Source: Trichoplax adhaerens
Lineage: Eukaryota; Animalia; Placozoa
Reading direction: 5' to 3'
Length of the DNA stretch: 64,000 nucleotides
Assembly: GCF_000150275.1 (NCBI RefSeq)
Contig: NW_002060947.1
Span: forward strand, 134,494 to 198,493
The position numbers were made by a program, and so were the translations under genes. Position 1 is the stretch's first letter, and the number at the start of each line of letters is the position of its first letter. The notes below the pieces were generated by a model that ran no database searches, had not been told where the DNA came from, and worked only from the letters and a program-made list of their open reading frames with translations. Of this stretch, positions 26,501 to 41,800 are shown piece after piece.

Positions 26501-29500
26501 CGTACCAGAGTTAATCTTCCCCAAATACATAATAGAATAATTCAATGATTTCGCAAATGTTTAATGACTTTGACTACGCGGTTGGTTCTCCTACAGTGTA
26601 ATCTGCGAGCTATTTAGGCCACGTCACGTTTATAAATTTAATCTTTAAAGCCTAAATTCAATGACCTTTTATTACTTGAATAAAATACTACAAAACTAAT
26701 TATAGCATTACAACATTGCTCAAAATTTTGAAAGAATAATTATTTACTGATTTGCCTGTTTGATATAGATAGAATTTCCGTACATAAATGCTTGATACTG
26801 ACATCTTGTTCGAAAATTTTGCTATCACAAAACACTAATTTGGTGTTACTGTTCATGGCGGACAGCATGAATATCAAACTTACAATAGAATGTTTAATTT
26901 ATGCTACTTGGCACTGAAGTTTGATATTTTCATCTGTTTGCATTCGGTAATTGGTAATATTCGTTATTTACCCTAAACGAATAATATGCTAGCGTTTTGT
27001 ATAACAAAATGGATTAATTACCGTATTTATCAAATTGTCGTTTTAATATGCTCAGTTAAACTGAGTTGACTCTTTATTGAATGTTAACTTATAAGTAAGC
27101 GTCTTGATTTTATGGTAGAAGAGTAGCGTTAAAAATTAAACTAATTAAAATATAATTAACTAAAATTGTCTGTAATTTGATGATGTAGCAGTTATCGGTA
27201 GTGTATGCACAGTTTGAGTATAAGGTTTAGAATAAGCAATCGGAAGTTATATAGTTCTAGATTAGGCTTTATGTAAAGTGATGATCTTAAAATGTATCAC
27301 TTTGTTATATTAATGGTCTTGCAGTAGTTTTTGGAGTCCTCTCTTCCGATCATAATCGATTCTTTAACATTTAATATTGATCCAGTTTTGTTCAAAATAT
27401 TTGTAAAAATAAATATAATTGGCCAGTTAATTAATATATCTGTAATGAATTGCATTAGCTTCTGAATGACTTGATAAGATGAAACTGGTACCTCGTTATT
27501 TGAGAGTAAAAATTTCGGCTAATTATTGTAGTAACATGAAGTAAGGTAGCGTTAGGAAAAAATAATCTGACATTCTTAATAAGGTAATTCTAAGATGGCT
27601 AGTATGATGAACGGTATCACTGTACTATTTGTACTATGGATGCATAAGGCAGTAGCTAACAAAGGTATACAGTTACAATTTTGTGTAATTTACTAATGTG
27701 ATTCCTAAATTGTAAGTAATTGCTGTTTTAGTAGAGGCTAAAGTCGATTATCCGGTTTATTGTGGCCACTTTCAACTGTTATTATGAAGGAAAGAAAAAT
27801 GAATTTATATCCGTCAGGGTTGCCATAAATACATGATACTTTTAAAGTTAAGCACGGTGTTAACCAAATTGTGTCACGTTGGAGATTTAATCCGTTTAAA
27901 TAACTTAAATTTTTAGTATTGATTGTAAACTTAAATGGTTATAGAACCCATTAACTGCAATAGGCTTATGAGCATACATTAATTATACACCAATACGGTT
28001 AGAATTTCCTCATAACTCGCCTTGTATCTACATAAATTACGCTCATCATTTATGCTGCCCATTGATAAACTGATTTTTATACATTATATGTATTATTTTG
28101 ATACTTTATTATATATAAGTTAGGTGTTGGGCTCTAATTTATTGAAGGTCAATGCTATACTGTAGGTTATACATTAGGAAAAATTAGTGCCGGCTGCTTA
28201 CTTATTAAAAAGAAGATTGTTTTATAAGCCGTAAAGAAAATGAAATGTTTAAGAATATTTAATTTTCAAACAACTTAGTATTTAATAATTGCAAATATCC
28301 AACACAAGAACAGTTTTAGTAATAAAATATCGATCAATTCGGTTTAGCTATTTTGCTGGAATCAATCTGAAGCAGATAGTTTTTTTAGTAAACCTTGTAG
28401 GTTAGACATACGTAGTGTAATTTATATTTTTAGTTCCATTTCGACATTCATGATGTTCTTCAATACTGACCTACTTCATGATTTATATCCTATACTTCTT
28501 CACATTGCAAGTACTTATAACACTCTTCTCCGACTATTTTGATATGCGTATTCATGGAGAGAATAGCTATTGCAAGGAAGTTGTGTGATTTATTTGCTAC
28601 CATTTGCAATACTTTAATGAGTGTACAAGGTGTACAGTAATTTTTCTTCTTTTGAAAGAGTTTCAGATAGAAATATTGGAGCCAAATCAAAGATATTAAG
28701 AAACTCAAGACTAATCGAATATTTAGCTGTCTTATCGCTGAAGGCTAACTTTTATGGCTGTTATTTCAATACCAGCATAGCGTGACTTTTATCGAAATTA
28801 ATTATCTTGTCTTCTGGGTTTATTGTAATAAATAGAGATCACACGACATCTGGCAGTTGAGTAATGTTTGAAAAACTTTCTGGCATCTGGCTAAAGTAAT
28901 TAAAAAGCTTTTATTTTATGAATGCATCACCGTAAATTAAATTAATGAAAGTCAAATTGGTGGCTGATTAATTACTGATGTTCTTCCATAGTCTTATGTA
29001 TTTGCTAATTTCTATCTCTATTCTATTTTTAATTTATTATGTTTTAATACCAAAGTACTCCTTGGTTTATTGTTATTTCGGCATACTAAAGGTTTTATTA
29101 ATTAAGGAAGCTTTATTGAATAGCAATAAGCCGATTAATCATTGATATTTACTGGAATTTAAGCTAAATGTAAATTTTTTTATTTATATATTTATTATGA
29201 TCAATTAAGACCTCAACTGACTACAGGTCTGCTTATCGTTATTATTGTATAAGGTATACTGGCATTAAATTAATAGATTTGTGTGGCTTCGATAATCATT
29301 AATTCCTGTTTATTATAGAAATTTTTTTCTAACTTTCTGATTTAAATTATATGACTATATATTTACTGCAAATCGTATAGTAAAGCTTAAACGCAGTTCA
29401 CGTTTATATTAGTAGCAATCTATTACATGAGTTAGTTAGCATCAATTATCTTCAATATGATATTATGTAGCACTTAATTACTATGATGACGGTGCTGTAT

Positions 29501-29692
29501 TTGGATTTTACCAAATATTTTAATGCCGTTAGTAGTTTCTAATTAGCGTTTCAATCAAATTATTTAATTTTACATAAGTAGTCTATTTATTCTGATAGTT
29601 TTTGATTGGTATATTGATATATGCGGATTCAATACCTGATGGCTAAACGATATTTTCGGCAATGATGGTAAAATGGCATGAAAACTTACGCC

Positions 29693-32281
29693 ATGAATAT
29701 TACTGATAATGCAACAAGAAGTAATTTTAATGTTGAAGACATTCCCCGAAAGGTGCAAGATATATTATCCCTCGTTTGGATTATTTCTCTGATTATATCC
29801 AGTTTAGGTACGGTTATATCCTTATAGACTATATGGAAATGAAATAAAACCAAAATTTCACCAATTGAAATTGTCATAGCGAATCTTTTAGTGGGCGACT
29901 TTTGTTTTGTCGTATCTTGGTAAGTTGGTTTGTAACAATAGAAAATCAAATTGGAACGATAGCTGAAATTTTACAGCCTAATTTTGCCAAACATGATTTA
30001 ATCTGATTTTATTGCTTCTTGACTGAAATATGTATTTAATTACCGATCTTTAGTTTCACATAATGCATAATCTCTTTCTATCTGAGTGCAGACTATTTTA
30101 TTTACTGTAATTGCTTTATCATATTCAGTAATCCATATGCTGTAAATATCGTAATACGCTGTGAGGACTTTTAAGATAGTTGGATGCCGTAGCTACTGCA
30201 TCATAAGCTATTAATACTAGAAAGCAGTTCAGGCAATATAAATGAGGTGATATATCCTGAAAATGTAAGCAGGATAAGAAAGAGAATAGTTATGTTGATG
30301 GAATACTTCATACATTTAAGGTATAAAAATTGTGACGATAATTAGTTCCTAATAATTGTAATATAAGTTAATATTGTGCACACTGTACAATACTGATCTT
30401 ACTAAAACAGATATCCTAAGCACTCACTATTTTTTCTATATAATATCCGTAAATAAAATTGTTGTTCCCAGCTAATGGATAAGGTAAAATTTATGAAGTT
30501 ACAATTAGAAATATTAGGAGTGCTTTTCACCCTATTCGACAAATTATCAAATGTTTTTAGTTAAAAATAAGTTCTAGCTCTATTCTAGTTTCCTAACTAA
30601 AATAAAATCTAAGAGTAGAAGTGAGCAAATTATACAATAATAAATAGATTGCAATCATTTGTGTAGTGTATTTAGAATATACTGTAACTATATTCTACTC
30701 TTAAATATAGACATGTTGTATTGCTCTTATATTTAAACAGATCTACAGTCCGCTTACTCTACATTCATATATAGACTACTGTATTTAGTTATTACGGTAC
30801 TCGCTGTTTTCTACAATCATCTGCTATTTTGTAACCTGTTATGGTATATGTTGTATCTAATTCCACAATCCTATTCTCTGCATGTGCTCTATCTTTAAAA
30901 CTATAAATACCAGCGATTTCTACCTCAGAGTTCATTAGCCTCTCAGTTAGTCTTCTAGTTAGTCTCTCACAGTCTAATACTTCTACTCGTTACTCACGAC
31001 AGCTTGCACGCTGATCTACCGTAACTACCTCACTGTACTTCACATTACTAACCTACAATAAAGCATAACTTTTATAAACCCTTTGTTGTAATAATTGTAA
31101 ATGGCGACTAAATCTCAATCCTCTGAGATATCGAACCCTCCATCACAATTTGGTTGCATATATTATTAGTTTGATTAATTATAGGTTGATAAGTCAGATC
31201 AGAAATATTCCAATTATAAGTAAAAGCTGTATCGATTTTAACAAATATATAGTAGAAGCTCCTCAGTTTAGCTTATAAATTTAGTGCTAAAAATATAAGG
31301 TTAGACAGTACAGCAATAAGATAAAAAATGATCAAAATATTACAAGTAGTTTAGAATGGGTATTAAAAATTCATTATATTTTGTCTTAGTATCATTTATC
31401 TTTTACCTGTTGGCACCAGTATCATCCCAAAGCCAATATTTTCGAATGATTCGTTTTGGTGTAGACTACATTATGGTCCTATTATGGCGACTTCATTTGC
31501 TACTGCCATGCTATTGGCTGTAATTGCAATTTTATGTTACTTGATTACGGTAAAGAATCGTAATGTTCTTCATTTATTAAATTCTAAACGCATTTTCGTA
31601 ATTATTTCTGCCATATGGTTTATTGCAATCTTAAGTTTAGCTCCTGCTGTTATTGGCTTCTGGGGTAAACTAGTTTACGATCCTTATTATGGCATATGTA
31701 TACCCGATTTTTACTTTACAAACAACCTTAATCATCTAACATACTACATCTTGATTACAATTATTTTCTTTTGCTGTATCAATTGTACTACCGGCTACTG
31801 CTATTATTTTATCTATAAACACATTCTTTCAAAAAAGCGGAAAGCTATCAAACCTTTAAAAGCAAAGAAACAACAAAAGCATGCTGGCTCACGATTGGGT
31901 AATCGCTGCAGTTATAATCCTCAAACAGTGCAAACCTTGTGGAATAAAAAGCAAGAAAGAGTTAATTTGGTGTTGCTTATGATATTCTTAGGTTATTGGA
32001 TTAGTTACAGTCCTGCAGCAATTGCCACTTTTTTGCAGATAACCAATACTATTAATTTGAATATATTGCAATATAGTATCTTGCTGATTTTGATGTATTC
32101 AAACAGCGTTTTAGGTCCTTACATAATACTATTAAGTAGCCAACGATATCGTAACTTCTTAAGGAGCAGGATGTACCAGTGCGTTCTAGACATGTCTCAA
32201 TATAGCAATCCTAAACTAAGTCGAACTAAAATTGTTAGACTAGCACCTATTCCGTCAAAAGTGTCTCATGACATTTTCTGA
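29693..32281 (+). pseudogene. Class A GPCR paralogue C, probable pseudogene
   Basis: Exon 1 (29693-29919) is missing from the ORF track: MNITDNATRSNF...LSLVWIISLIISSLGTVISL*TIWK*NKTKISPIEIVIANLLVGDFCFVVS, with TAG 29825-29827 and TGA 29840-29842. Exon 2 (31390-32281) is open but has LCY in place of xRY and GPY in place of NPx. Confidence 0.85.
30662..31147 (+). mobile_element. Solo LTR-like insertion, 486 bp, in the intron of pseudogene C
   Basis: TGTAGTG...CATCACA termini; perfect 5-bp TSD ATTTG (30657-30661 / 31148-31152); CTATAAATA at 30901, a CT-rich tract, then AATAAA at 31057-31062. Confidence 0.75.
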
Positions 32282-35200
32282 TTCTACGATATACCTACTG
32301 ATATAGAGGCAAGAACAATATCAAGATACCCACTTAACAGGATTTAGCGACTATATAAGAAAAGACAAAGATTAAAGTAATCATATATTAAATTATGGCT
32401 ATCAATTATCTTATTAGTGGATTGATTCGTACTGGAAAAATGGTGTATTTGTCTTAATTCATATCTGAAATTATAATGATATAGAGGTAATAGTTTGACA
32501 GTAAATTAATTATTTGCTATTCGAGCAGCAACTTTAAAACTGATAATTTATACTTATTTTATACCTACGGTACATAAATACAATAACTACGTAGAATATT
32601 AGGGTAGTCATCTTTAATCAAATAAAGTAAGATTTTATTTAATTTATGATTTAATTTTATTAACATAATTTAATTCCAGAAGATTTGTTACGCCAGTTTG
32701 CCGGTGAATGACATGATATGCATATCACGAATAAATATAAATATATTGGTTATTCATTTAATTTGATATCAGTAAAAACGTGCTGACTTATAAGTTATAA
32801 GCCAAACCCTCGATTACAGGAAGGAAGTGCTACCGACACTTTCTGGATTGGTATATTGCCAAGCTCTTTCGTAATTTTTTAATCAATGGATTTAGCAGTG
32901 AGTTATTCGCTTAAAGTGACAAACTGAACATCAAATTGTATTAGTCTGCTAAAATTTCAGAAAATGTCTAGGCTAATTTGTCATTGCTTAGCAGAAAGGT
33001 TAGTTAGAATAACTACGGTAATTTTAACTTTTGATTTAAATTAGTCTACTTAAAAATTAAGTCCCTACGCATACACATTTTATAGAATTAGTTGAATAAG
33101 AACTGATTTTATAATATTCGATATTAGTGGCAAGGTCCTTTCTCAGGCTACATTATGTGAGTCTTGTAATATATCAGCTAGCTTGAGTAGTTCAATGTAG
33201 TTGAAAAATTACTATCTCATAATGCAATATTACTCAGATACTGTGGTGGTATTCAATTTATACTAAATCTGACTGAATTCTAAGAATTTTCGTTAAGGTT
33301 TCTCAAGCTTATATGGTATTGATTGCTTGTATAGTACGGTAGCAATATCTTGCAATGGTTTGCTACCTATTGATTTGCTTTAAAAGTATGATTTGATTAA
33401 TCGTAATTCTGTGGACAGTTGCCAATTTTTATAGTTTATGATCTAGTAATAATAAGCTAGGTCCTTTATTTACTTAAAAACATATTACCGTTAAATTGTA
33501 AATTGCAGTAGAGATTTTGCGCTTTAATTATACTTTGCAACTCTTTAACTGTAATCTCAGTTCTACTGCGTAAAATAAACTAATAAAGCTACCAGTTTAG
33601 TAGCGTAGTATATACGTTGATTATAATGTTATCTGTAGAAGAAAATGTAGAGTAGTACCGATTGTATCTGTACAGAAACCAATACATGAAGAATAATTCT
33701 ACTTAATATTAAGCTGCGAGGTAGTTTTACCGTAACAACGAAGGTATAGTATCCTCATTTAATATAGTATCATTTTACACTATCTTTTTATGCGACAACC
33801 TCGGCCGTGCTAAGCTAATATTCTTAGCTTAGCACAAAGATACTTGATGTCGTTTCATTCCTTTGATAATTTTTCATTTTGTAAGCTCCCTTTTTGACTG
33901 TTAAAGAATCATTGCCCTCAAACTGTTTACTCGCTAGATTAAAGACTTATAATACAGTGTTATGTACATTATTGGATAATTAATATCTATAGAGAAAAAT
34001 AAAAACTGTAATCTCATTCAATGGCACAAAAAACATCAACAGTTTAGAGATATAAGCTATAATATTGTATACATTAAATATTAAAATGACGTGATGAATA
34101 CAAAGCTCATTTGTTCTTTTAAGGTTTCTAGGAATTTCGAATAATTAACAATTATAATTAAAATTTTATAATGCTAGCATGAGTGTAAGATTTTTAAAAT
34201 AGTTGTTATAAATAATGATATCAATTAGTCAATCAAACTATAAAATGCATTACTTGATATGTTACAAATTACTTATTATCTATCCTCTTGTAGAAGGATG
34301 TTTAATGTGACTTAAGTTTTAAAGAACGTAGTCTTTATTAAGAGGATATTATTTCATGTTTTCAATTAGTATAATCCTGACTTTGTATATTTTTGAAAAT
34401 GTCGACTAACCACTATTATCTTATAGAAATACATAATATTTTATTAAATTGTTTGCTTTCGTAAATTCTAATTATTATTATATTTTTAGCTCAAGATACG
34501 TACCGTCCATAAAACTAATAATAATAGAAAAGAAAATTTTAGAATCTTACTACAATACTACTTTGCCCCTGTGTTATTTAGGGGGAACACCTCTTCATTT
34601 TAATCTAAGGCCAGAAACGCACAAAAGCGCTAAAAGTAGTACCAGACAATACTAAATACTTATAATTGCACGAAAAAATATTTTTTGAACTACTGCAGAA
34701 TATGCTACATCAATTCCTTCTCTACTTCTGTTTTTTCGAACCGCCTGACTAGTCAGCAACGCTATCTTTTACTTGTTACGTACCGAAGTTGGTAGCACCT
34801 TAACTTTAAGATGACAGCTTTATTTATACTAAATTAATCGTGATTGGATTATTAAAAAAATAATGTAAGTACTGACAGATTCTATTTTATCATTCTCTTT
34901 GAAATTAACCGCTAATCTTCTCATGCATCAATTTTCAGCTGTATTTAAAACTTAAACGGGCGTATAATTTGCGAAATATATCGGTCGATTATACTTTGTA
35001 CTTTAAGTCCATCGAATAAACATCGAAAGTTTATGTCAATCATCTGCTACAATGAATTAATAGTAGACATGAGGTAAATTATTAAAGAAGAGATGTTATT
35101 GATAGCTCAAAACGCTTTATAGAATGGTCACATTATACAATGCAATCTAAAGTAGGATACGCACTGTAGAAATATATTGTATGATCAAAACTATAGATAG

Positions 35201-37476
35201 TAAATAGTTTTATGCACGTATATCCTTGTCAACTGCTGCAGGAAGTAATACATTAACAAATCAGAAGAAATAAGACAGCATTGGTTATCAATATAGTTTA
35301 CGTCGTTTAATCTAACTGAAATAGGGGATTTTACTAATACTTTCCGTACTAAACTCCTATGCACGGGGCCATATTATTAGAATCGTTCAAGTATTGATTG
35401 CTACGAAAGGTATAGATTAGTCGGATTGCATTTGTATAGAAGTAGCTATAGACAATCACTATAGTGCCATAGTAGGTGCAGCATTGGAGCTGATACCTAT
35501 GTGTGAATGTGTCAAATTAGTATCCCCCTGTAATCTTTAAAGCAATGTTACTGACAAGGTACATTTAGTTTAAAATATAAAAACAGTTTCATCTAGAATG
35601 TTTAAACCCAACAATAAATGCAAAAAATTACGATTTATTATTGCAAATCAGTTTATTTACTCTTGTAGGTGAATAAAAGATTTCAATTTTAATGTTTGCG
35701 GAGAGGTATACAGCGGTAATTAAACAATGAAATAAATTGAATGTGTTAGTTGAATGGAGTAAAATGTTATCGTAGTTTAGTCATGAAATTCAAGCTAACG
35801 GACTACCGTACTCTATTATACTCGTCCGTATATTAATTAATACGCGATTTTATTGTTACGTTAATTAATGGCTAGCACTTGAATTTATTTGTAATCAATG
35901 CCAATAATGGTAGTTGATTATTGAGCGTTTATCTATAGGCAAAATACCGTCATTGACGTCAATATTCAATAAGACGAAAGTTTTAGAATTGAAATTCTCG
36001 TCCAAGTACTTTTCAGTTGATGTTAGATCATACATAATGGGAGTATCGTCTCATTAAACTACAGTGACCGCATCTATCAAGTTTTTCAATGCTATTAAGC
36101 AGAATTTTAAAACCGTTTTATTAAAAATACTTTAATTAATTTTTAGCCCTGAAATGTAATCTATTATAAATTATTAACGTAGTTAAAAAAGGAAATGACG
36201 ATAATTACTGAATTGATACTAGCACTTAAATTGCAGATATTATTTTAGAATTAAATATGGTAAAAGGGGAAAATTCTTGGTATCGGTGACTGGAGCATCA
36301 AAGTTGATTACCAATATTTCTACTGATTAGATATATTAATCCTGAATTCTTTGTCAGGAATGCTTTCGACAGCTTATTTTACATAAAATTACGAGAACCA
36401 TTGTGCTCTTTAATGCGTTACTGCAGTAGTCAGCTATCAGAACTGAACTATTACTTTGTTAACCGGAAACTTAATAAATGATAGTTCATTAAAATGGCCT
36501 TTAAGGTTGGAATTGAATTATATTGTTAAGTATTTCAAACTGAAACTTTGAAAATTAATTTCTATCATAGCTCTATCACATTTATCTGATCCTTAACTGG
36601 TGCTAATCAAAGTTAATGCCATTATATAATTCCTATTACAACATTCTCTATAAGTAAAATATTTCAAAATGATTATTGGAATTATTTTTAAAGCTGTGAG
36701 AAACAAAGGCAAAAGATTAGATGATGATTAAGGGAAAGCTTGCATAATACTTATAATAGCGTCTTTATTTTCTTTTTCCCCTTCTATTCCGGCTTGATTA
36801 ACCAGTTTTATTAATTTACTCAATGTTATTATTTAAAATGTGCAGAGGCTTAAACAATAAGTGGCACACTCTATAATACTAGATCATAACTAGAATATAG
36901 TGTGTTTATTACGATATTTTTGATTTGAACAAATTAGTTGCAGCAGATAAGGTTCAATAATTATTGTGAAGAGAATGTTTTATATTTCATGTTCACATCA
37001 AGAAATACACCAACTCACAATAAGTAAGAAAGGCTTCACTTGCTTCAAAAATGACCAACTATCATTACTAAGCGTAAAATTTCGGTATATCATTTGTATA
37101 AGGACTAAATTTAAGAAAAATACCTTAATTTAGAATTAAATTTCGATTCTTTATTAATTTCAGTGGATTTTGTTATTATGACGTATTGACAAGATAATTC
37201 AATGATTTAATATCAACATTACAAGGCAGGGAATTTAAAGTTGTCAAATTTCTTCTCCTTTTATATTGTGACCATCACAATTTGTGATCAGATTCTAGTT
37301 ATAAATATTGGTTCTATTAGGTTTTCTTTATTGTTTTTGAATCGAAAGCATTAGAGTTACACGTATGCGTGAAAGGAATCGGTTATAGTCTGATTGTCAC
37401 AGATCCCCACGATATTGAAATAAAACTACCATTTAGAATTTGATTTATCTGGCTAACCACAAATGTTTTCATAGGA

Positions 37477-38860
37477 ATGTCGTCTCTATCCGATAAAGCA
37501 ACTAATCTCACAGAAGTTACTGCGACGTTGTCTCCCGTTTTAGCGAATATTTTCTTAATTATATGGGCTCTCTCCTTAATAGCGTCATTTATTGGTAGTT
37601 TATTAATATTTCAAGTTATCGTGACCAAATATTTTCCTATGATGCCAGCAACAGAAAAAATGATTATTAATTTGTTAGTTGCGGATTTTTTGTTCGTTTT
37701 CTCCTGGTAAGTTATAATTTTATTAATATTACTATATAGAAACATCGATACGAAATTTCAGAAGCAAGTATTTATTGTATAATTTCACTATTGTGAATAT
37801 GAATATAAAATGAAGCAGTTTAAATTTGTGTTAACGGCTAATATAATAGTATAGTGCTTGTGAATATTTATATGTTGTTGCAATACTTCTAGTGATCGTC
37901 GAAATGTTTTGCTTTCCTTTTCATCCTATTATGATTTGAAAGGATTTTTTAACAAACATTTTTCTGATATCTTAAGAAATTACTTCAGTAAAAATTTGAA
38001 ATTTCACTTATAGTTTATTTTATACTATTACAAATTTTAAAATTTATCACCTCGTATATCTGACTTTATTTCTTTGATTGGATAGTGTTGCTTACATGCT
38101 GCCCATGGCTATCGAAAATATTCCGAAGCCCGTTTTTAAGGCAAACACATTTTTGTGCCGATTTCATTATTCTCTAATCATGTTGTCATCATTTGCAAGT
38201 GCACTAATCCTGGCGATTATTGCTTACATGCGTTATATCAAGCTAGCAACTCTGAAATTTCAACGTTATTTTACCGTTCATAATGTCAGAGTTATTTCCT
38301 TTTCCATTTGGTTCATAGCAACTTTAGCTACTCTGCCAGCTTTGTTCAATATTTGGGGTGGCCTTATTTATTATTCTAAATTTGATGGACTTTGTGCACC
38401 ATGGTTCGATAGCCCAATGGATTTAAATCATCTTACTTATAATATTCTAATCATGGGCTTTTTTTTCGGTGTCGTAAATGTTTTAATTTTTTTCTGTTAT
38501 TACCGCATCTACAAATGCATTCATTTTGCTTTCCGTCGTATCGAAGTTTCTAGAGTAAACAATTCTGATGGGAAGGTGCTAAATTACCGAGAATTACCAT
38601 CATTACGCAAGCGTCATAAGAAAGAGATCAAACTAAATATAATATTATTTATCATTTTTTTGGGCTATGTTCTATCTTATGGGCCAGCTGCGGTTATTAT
38701 AACATTTCGAATGATAGGGTTGATTAAAGTAAACTCTGATATTATTGTAGTAATTACAACAATCATGTATTCTAATAGTATGTTAAATCCGTGGATTATT
38801 TTACTAACTAACCAACACTATCGCCGATTTATTAAGGATAAATATTTTAAGAATCGATAG
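37477..38860 (+). CDS. Class A GPCR paralogue D, intact, 334 aa
   Basis: Exons 37477-37706 and 38086-38860, phase-2 intron. NLLVADF, FLCRF, MRYIKL, LPALFNIWGGLIY..FDGLC, FCYYRIY, SYGP, MYSNSMLNPWII, YRRF helix 8. Confidence 0.9.
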
Positions 38861-41800
38861 ACCCTGAAGCAATTCAAATCTAGTAGTTGAAAAAACGATA
38901 CGATAAATATGCTTTTAGACTGACTGGAATAATTTAAGCAAATTTGTTAATTCCATTTTTCTACGTTACGTCTAGATTCAATAAGCTGCAAACTGGTTGT
39001 GGTGGATAACACATAATGTATTACTGTAAAGGATTGCAATATTTAAATATAGCTTTTTATCAATATTTCATGGTTAATCAATGTTAATAGCATTACTTAC
39101 CATGAAATGCTTAAAAATCTGTGACATTAATGCTTCTGAGAAATTATAAGTAGTAATATTTTGATTGAGATTTTCATTTTATCGAAGAAATTATCATTTA
39201 CGCTAAAATTGATATTCGTTTTGATGTAAACTGTCATTTATTATGTTAGAGGATGTTAAAAGTTTTACACAGAGAGTTTTTAAATTTTATGTTGGTAATT
39301 AAAATCTACTGCCAACGTTGAAAATTAAACTAATCGCAAAATGATTATTCTGGTATTTAAAATTCAATTGCAGCTTATTAAACTATTTGTAATTGTCTTT
39401 TCTTCTGGTGTGAGTGTTATTTTTGAACTATGATGCGAATTGTTATATTTGTTGAGATTATTGCTTGGATTGCGGTATTGCAAGATATTATTTTCTTTTG
39501 GCGCAGCAACAACTCCGTAGCAAATAAAAGTTGCTAACGGACTATTAAAATTAGCCTAATATCAGGCATGTCCGCGACGGTTGTCTCTAGTGGGACTTTA
39601 AAAATATTAACTAGATAGTGATGTTCCTTTTTCAAGAGGTTACAATAGCTAATACTATCTGAATGCTTACCCAGATCAAAGATCGAACTCAAGTTGGTTA
39701 TTTATAGCAACCGTGCGGCCCTAAAATTCACTTTAGATAAATCTTATAATGCTAATTGGAAACAGTTTAAGTTGTTTATTTGATAGCAAGATTGCCTACG
39801 TACCTTACAGAATATTTGCGGTACATATTACAACCTTTTTACGGCAATGATGGTTCTTGTGTTAATATTTTAAAGGCGCTTATTTGCAATTGTATGGTAG
39901 TGTAGACGTCAATTGCCTGCCGCTTAAACAACGTAAATAGATATATTTATCATGCAATTATAGACATTATTACCCAGTTAATTCGATATAGGGCCTTTCA
40001 ATTCCTGAACGATATACACCAAATATGATGAAGCTGTTAATTTGTACGTCGTGAGCACATAATCGGCTTTATAATTAAATGCATAAGTGATTAAGGGATC
40101 TAAAGCAGTTTTAATTAGATTCTTGAGAATATGCTAAGTATTCGAGCGATTCTTAGCTTCTGGGTCATAGTAACGAAAATAACAAGATTTATTACAAGAA
40201 TAGATATATACGGTATGCCTCGCGGGATAAATAGTATCTAAAGTGTTTTTTATTCCTACTAGCATACGGTAGGCTGTTACTGTAATTTGTAGGCGGCTAT
40301 CATTGCGATTTGTTAGGGTTATCAAGCTAAATAAAATATATCATTATTAGTACGTTATACTTGCATTAGATGAGTATTCGATAAAACTTCAAAATAGCTT
40401 TTATTTTGTTGCATTGATGGCGTCTTTAGTTTGACTACTTTAGCCATTGATAATAATAATGTTGACCATTTTACTTTGGGTAAGGCCTTTATTTATCAGG
40501 CGTAACTGGACTATGGCAATTATAAGATTTAGTGATGCTGATTGATAACGATTGCAATTGTTACGGTGCATCAATATCCCAGTGCACTACATCAATTAGA
40601 ATAATAGGATATACTTGCCATGTTAGTCAATATTATAGCGCTATTGATTAAGAATTATTTATCACGTAAACAAGTTGAAATTAACTTCCTCCTTTTGTAT
40701 CATTGTCTAAAATTTTACTGAAGATGGTAGCCACATAAAAAAAATTCAAGGCTTTATTTATCAGTTAATTACTATGATGTTCTTAAGATAAATTTTATAC
40801 AACTGTAGTGCCAAGAAATTTTGGACATGCCATCATCACTGATTTACTCGTGCTTGATGATGTTATTTTCTGAAAGTAATAGAATATTTAGTATATTAAC
40901 TTGTCTTAATTTCAGTAGTAAAGTTATACACTACTACAGTTCTATTTCATTTCTTGAATCCCAGGTACTCACTCATAGCATGGGATTAATTTTAAGGTTT
41001 AATTGACATTGTAATGATATGGATAGTGAAATGGATTCGTATACCTATTTTTAATTTTATGACTTTACTTTTGAATAGATTTTAGCTGCTGTTTGACTCA
41101 TTATTGGTATGATGTTTGCTATTTGCTATAACTGTCTCTGTTCTTATTTCATATAACTTTCAGAGATGGTCATAAAATTAAAAATCAACCTACTAATTCT
41201 TACTTTTCTTAAGAATTATGTTTAAAGTTTTCAAATCAAGATATTAAATAGTAATTAAGCTGATTGTATTTAAAATTTTCAAATAAAGATATAAAAATAA
41301 CAACTAAGCTGGTTGTTTTTAATAATCTTGATTAGGATAAAAATATCACTTGATGGTGAAGAAATTGATTCATGAAAAAATATCTTGAAAGAGTTACTTG
41401 AACAGATTGTTACCATCATGGAATACAATGCAAGAATATTACTTACTGTGGCAGTAGATTTTATTGATAGTCGAATAATAATGTTGATACCTTTATAAAC
41501 AGTAAAGGGAACTCTACTGTTCTACATAATATGAATACATAGGAGTCAACTTTAGATGTTGCTGCAATCTTTCCGCTTTTTGCTGCACGAATAAAGCCAA
41601 TCCATGGACTATTATAATACAGTCTTTATTTGAACTTTCTAGTATAATTGATTATTCAATTCTAGCAGTGCTAATCTTTAAGAATAGAATAAATATAGCC
41701 CTATTCATTTTGGTAAATAAATGTTGTCTGCAACCTATAAAGGGTCTAAATCAATGCATTTGAAAGATTCTATAGAAGATATTTATGGGATATTCTTTTA

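Noticed and set aside
40380-40500. Possible GPCR TM3/TM4 relic (KLQNSFYFVALMAS / FSLTTLAID / IIMLTILLW)
   Set aside because: Needs two frameshifts and a deletion, with no other TM segments nearby; not distinguishable from chance without tBLASTn.
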